This document shows, one piece after another, positions 63,350-64,000 of a stretch of DNA of 64,000 bases; the stretch's first letter is position 1; each line of letters starts with the position of its first letter. Below the pieces are notes generated by a model that was not told the origin of the DNA, did no database searches, and saw nothing but the letters and a program-made list of their open reading frames with translations. The position numbers and the translations under genes were made by a program. Source of the DNA: Macrostomum hystrix (lineage: Eukaryota; Animalia; Platyhelminthes); the NCBI GenBank assembly GCA_950097015.1, contig CATNEN010000001.1, positions 5,642,001 through 5,706,000 on the forward strand, given 5' to 3'.

Positions 63350-63500
63350 GAGCATTGTGGGTAGAGCGTTGGACTCACAACTTGAAGGTCGGGGGTTCCA
63401 TTCCCGACTCCACTCGAACAATTTGTGTCCTTTAGCATGACACTTAAACTCTGCATTGCTCAGTTCACCCAGCTGTTAAATGGGTACCAGCATTAGCTGG
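63350..63500 (+). mobile_element. CORE-SINE family 1
   Basis: Colinear with 7420-7570. Confidence 0.82.
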
Positions 63501-63527
63501 GAAGTGTCCGACCGACAATTGCATTCG

Positions 63528-63998
63528 TTATTTCTTGTCCGTGAAGAGTTGTGTCAATAGATGCCTTTGAGCAATGAAGGCTTGCAGAAAGTCGTTGATA
63601 GTCCATCCTGGCTTGATCTCGTCTAATTTGATGTCGCCAAAGGGTCGAAGGTTTTTTCTGTTGAATTTGACTCTGAGATCTTCCACATCGTACAGTTCGT
63701 CTAGGATAACTTGCGTTGTCGTGACATTGCTGAGCTTGCCTGCATTGTCTACTCTGTAGAGTTCATCATTTAAGGTGACGTAACTCGCTGCATCGGTGCA
63801 CGGTCTCGGAATTGCCGTTGACACAACGACATTGTTGACGATGTCTAGGAATCCTGTTATCTTCGTTCCTGCGAAATATGCTTCAATTCTGGGTTTATCG
63901 AAGCACGTTTCCGAATGGTTGGACGCTGACAGTGTGTAGTGCTCAATTGGGATGCACTTGTATATCAGCAGGTGTCCGTAGCCTGGGACTGCCAGAAC
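63528..63998 (-). CDS. Fragment of a class III viral-type fusion glycoprotein (herpesvirus gB/chuvirus G-like); runs off the window edge and lacks a TM anchor
   Basis: Open frame from 63998: GHLLIYKCIPI...TCFDKPRIEAYFAGTKITGFLDIVNNVVVSTAIPRPC...YVTLNDELY, which parallels gB domain IV (GDVMAVSTCVPV...CYSRPLVSF...GQLGENNEL...EPC...YF). Alignment by eye. Confidence 0.7.
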   Translation of the reverse strand, partial: VLAVPGYGHLLIYKCIPIEHYTLSASNHSETCFDKPRIEAYFAGTKITGFLDIVNNVVVSTAIPRPCTDAASYVTLNDELYRVDNAGKLSNVTTTQVILDELYDVEDLRVKFNRKNLRPFGDIKLDEIKPGWTINDFLQAFIAQRHLLTQLFTDKK

Positions 63999-64000
63999 AT

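Overview
Eukaryotic (invertebrate) genomic DNA with spliceosomal introns, SINEs, MITEs and satellites. It is probably a free-living flatworm such as Macrostomum; this is an inference from gene style only. Host genes reconstructed by splice-phase bookkeeping: HSP10, a CDR2/CDR2L-like dynein adaptor, FOXRED2, a 6-finger C2H2 protein, a CUB-like/LDLa protein with a GPI-type tail, a WSC-PAN protein, an orphan type I membrane protein and a small Cys-rich protein. The centre of the window (12.4-36.6 kb) is an array of five divergent ionotropic glutamate receptor (iGluR/IR-like) genes: A and C intact, B and D pseudogenes, E a 5' fragment. They are mosaics. A ~0.95 kb amino-terminal-domain cassette, including two GC-rich introns, is almost identical between copies and stops at the ATD/S1 junction, while ligand-binding and channel exons have diverged. 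The cassettes lie in inverted orientation. The right end holds a decayed Ty3/Gypsy pol followed by a RING-finger ORF, a 3 kb 15-bp satellite, and a fragment resembling a herpesvirus gB/chuvirus-type class III fusion glycoprotein. All homology calls are by eye; no searches were run.
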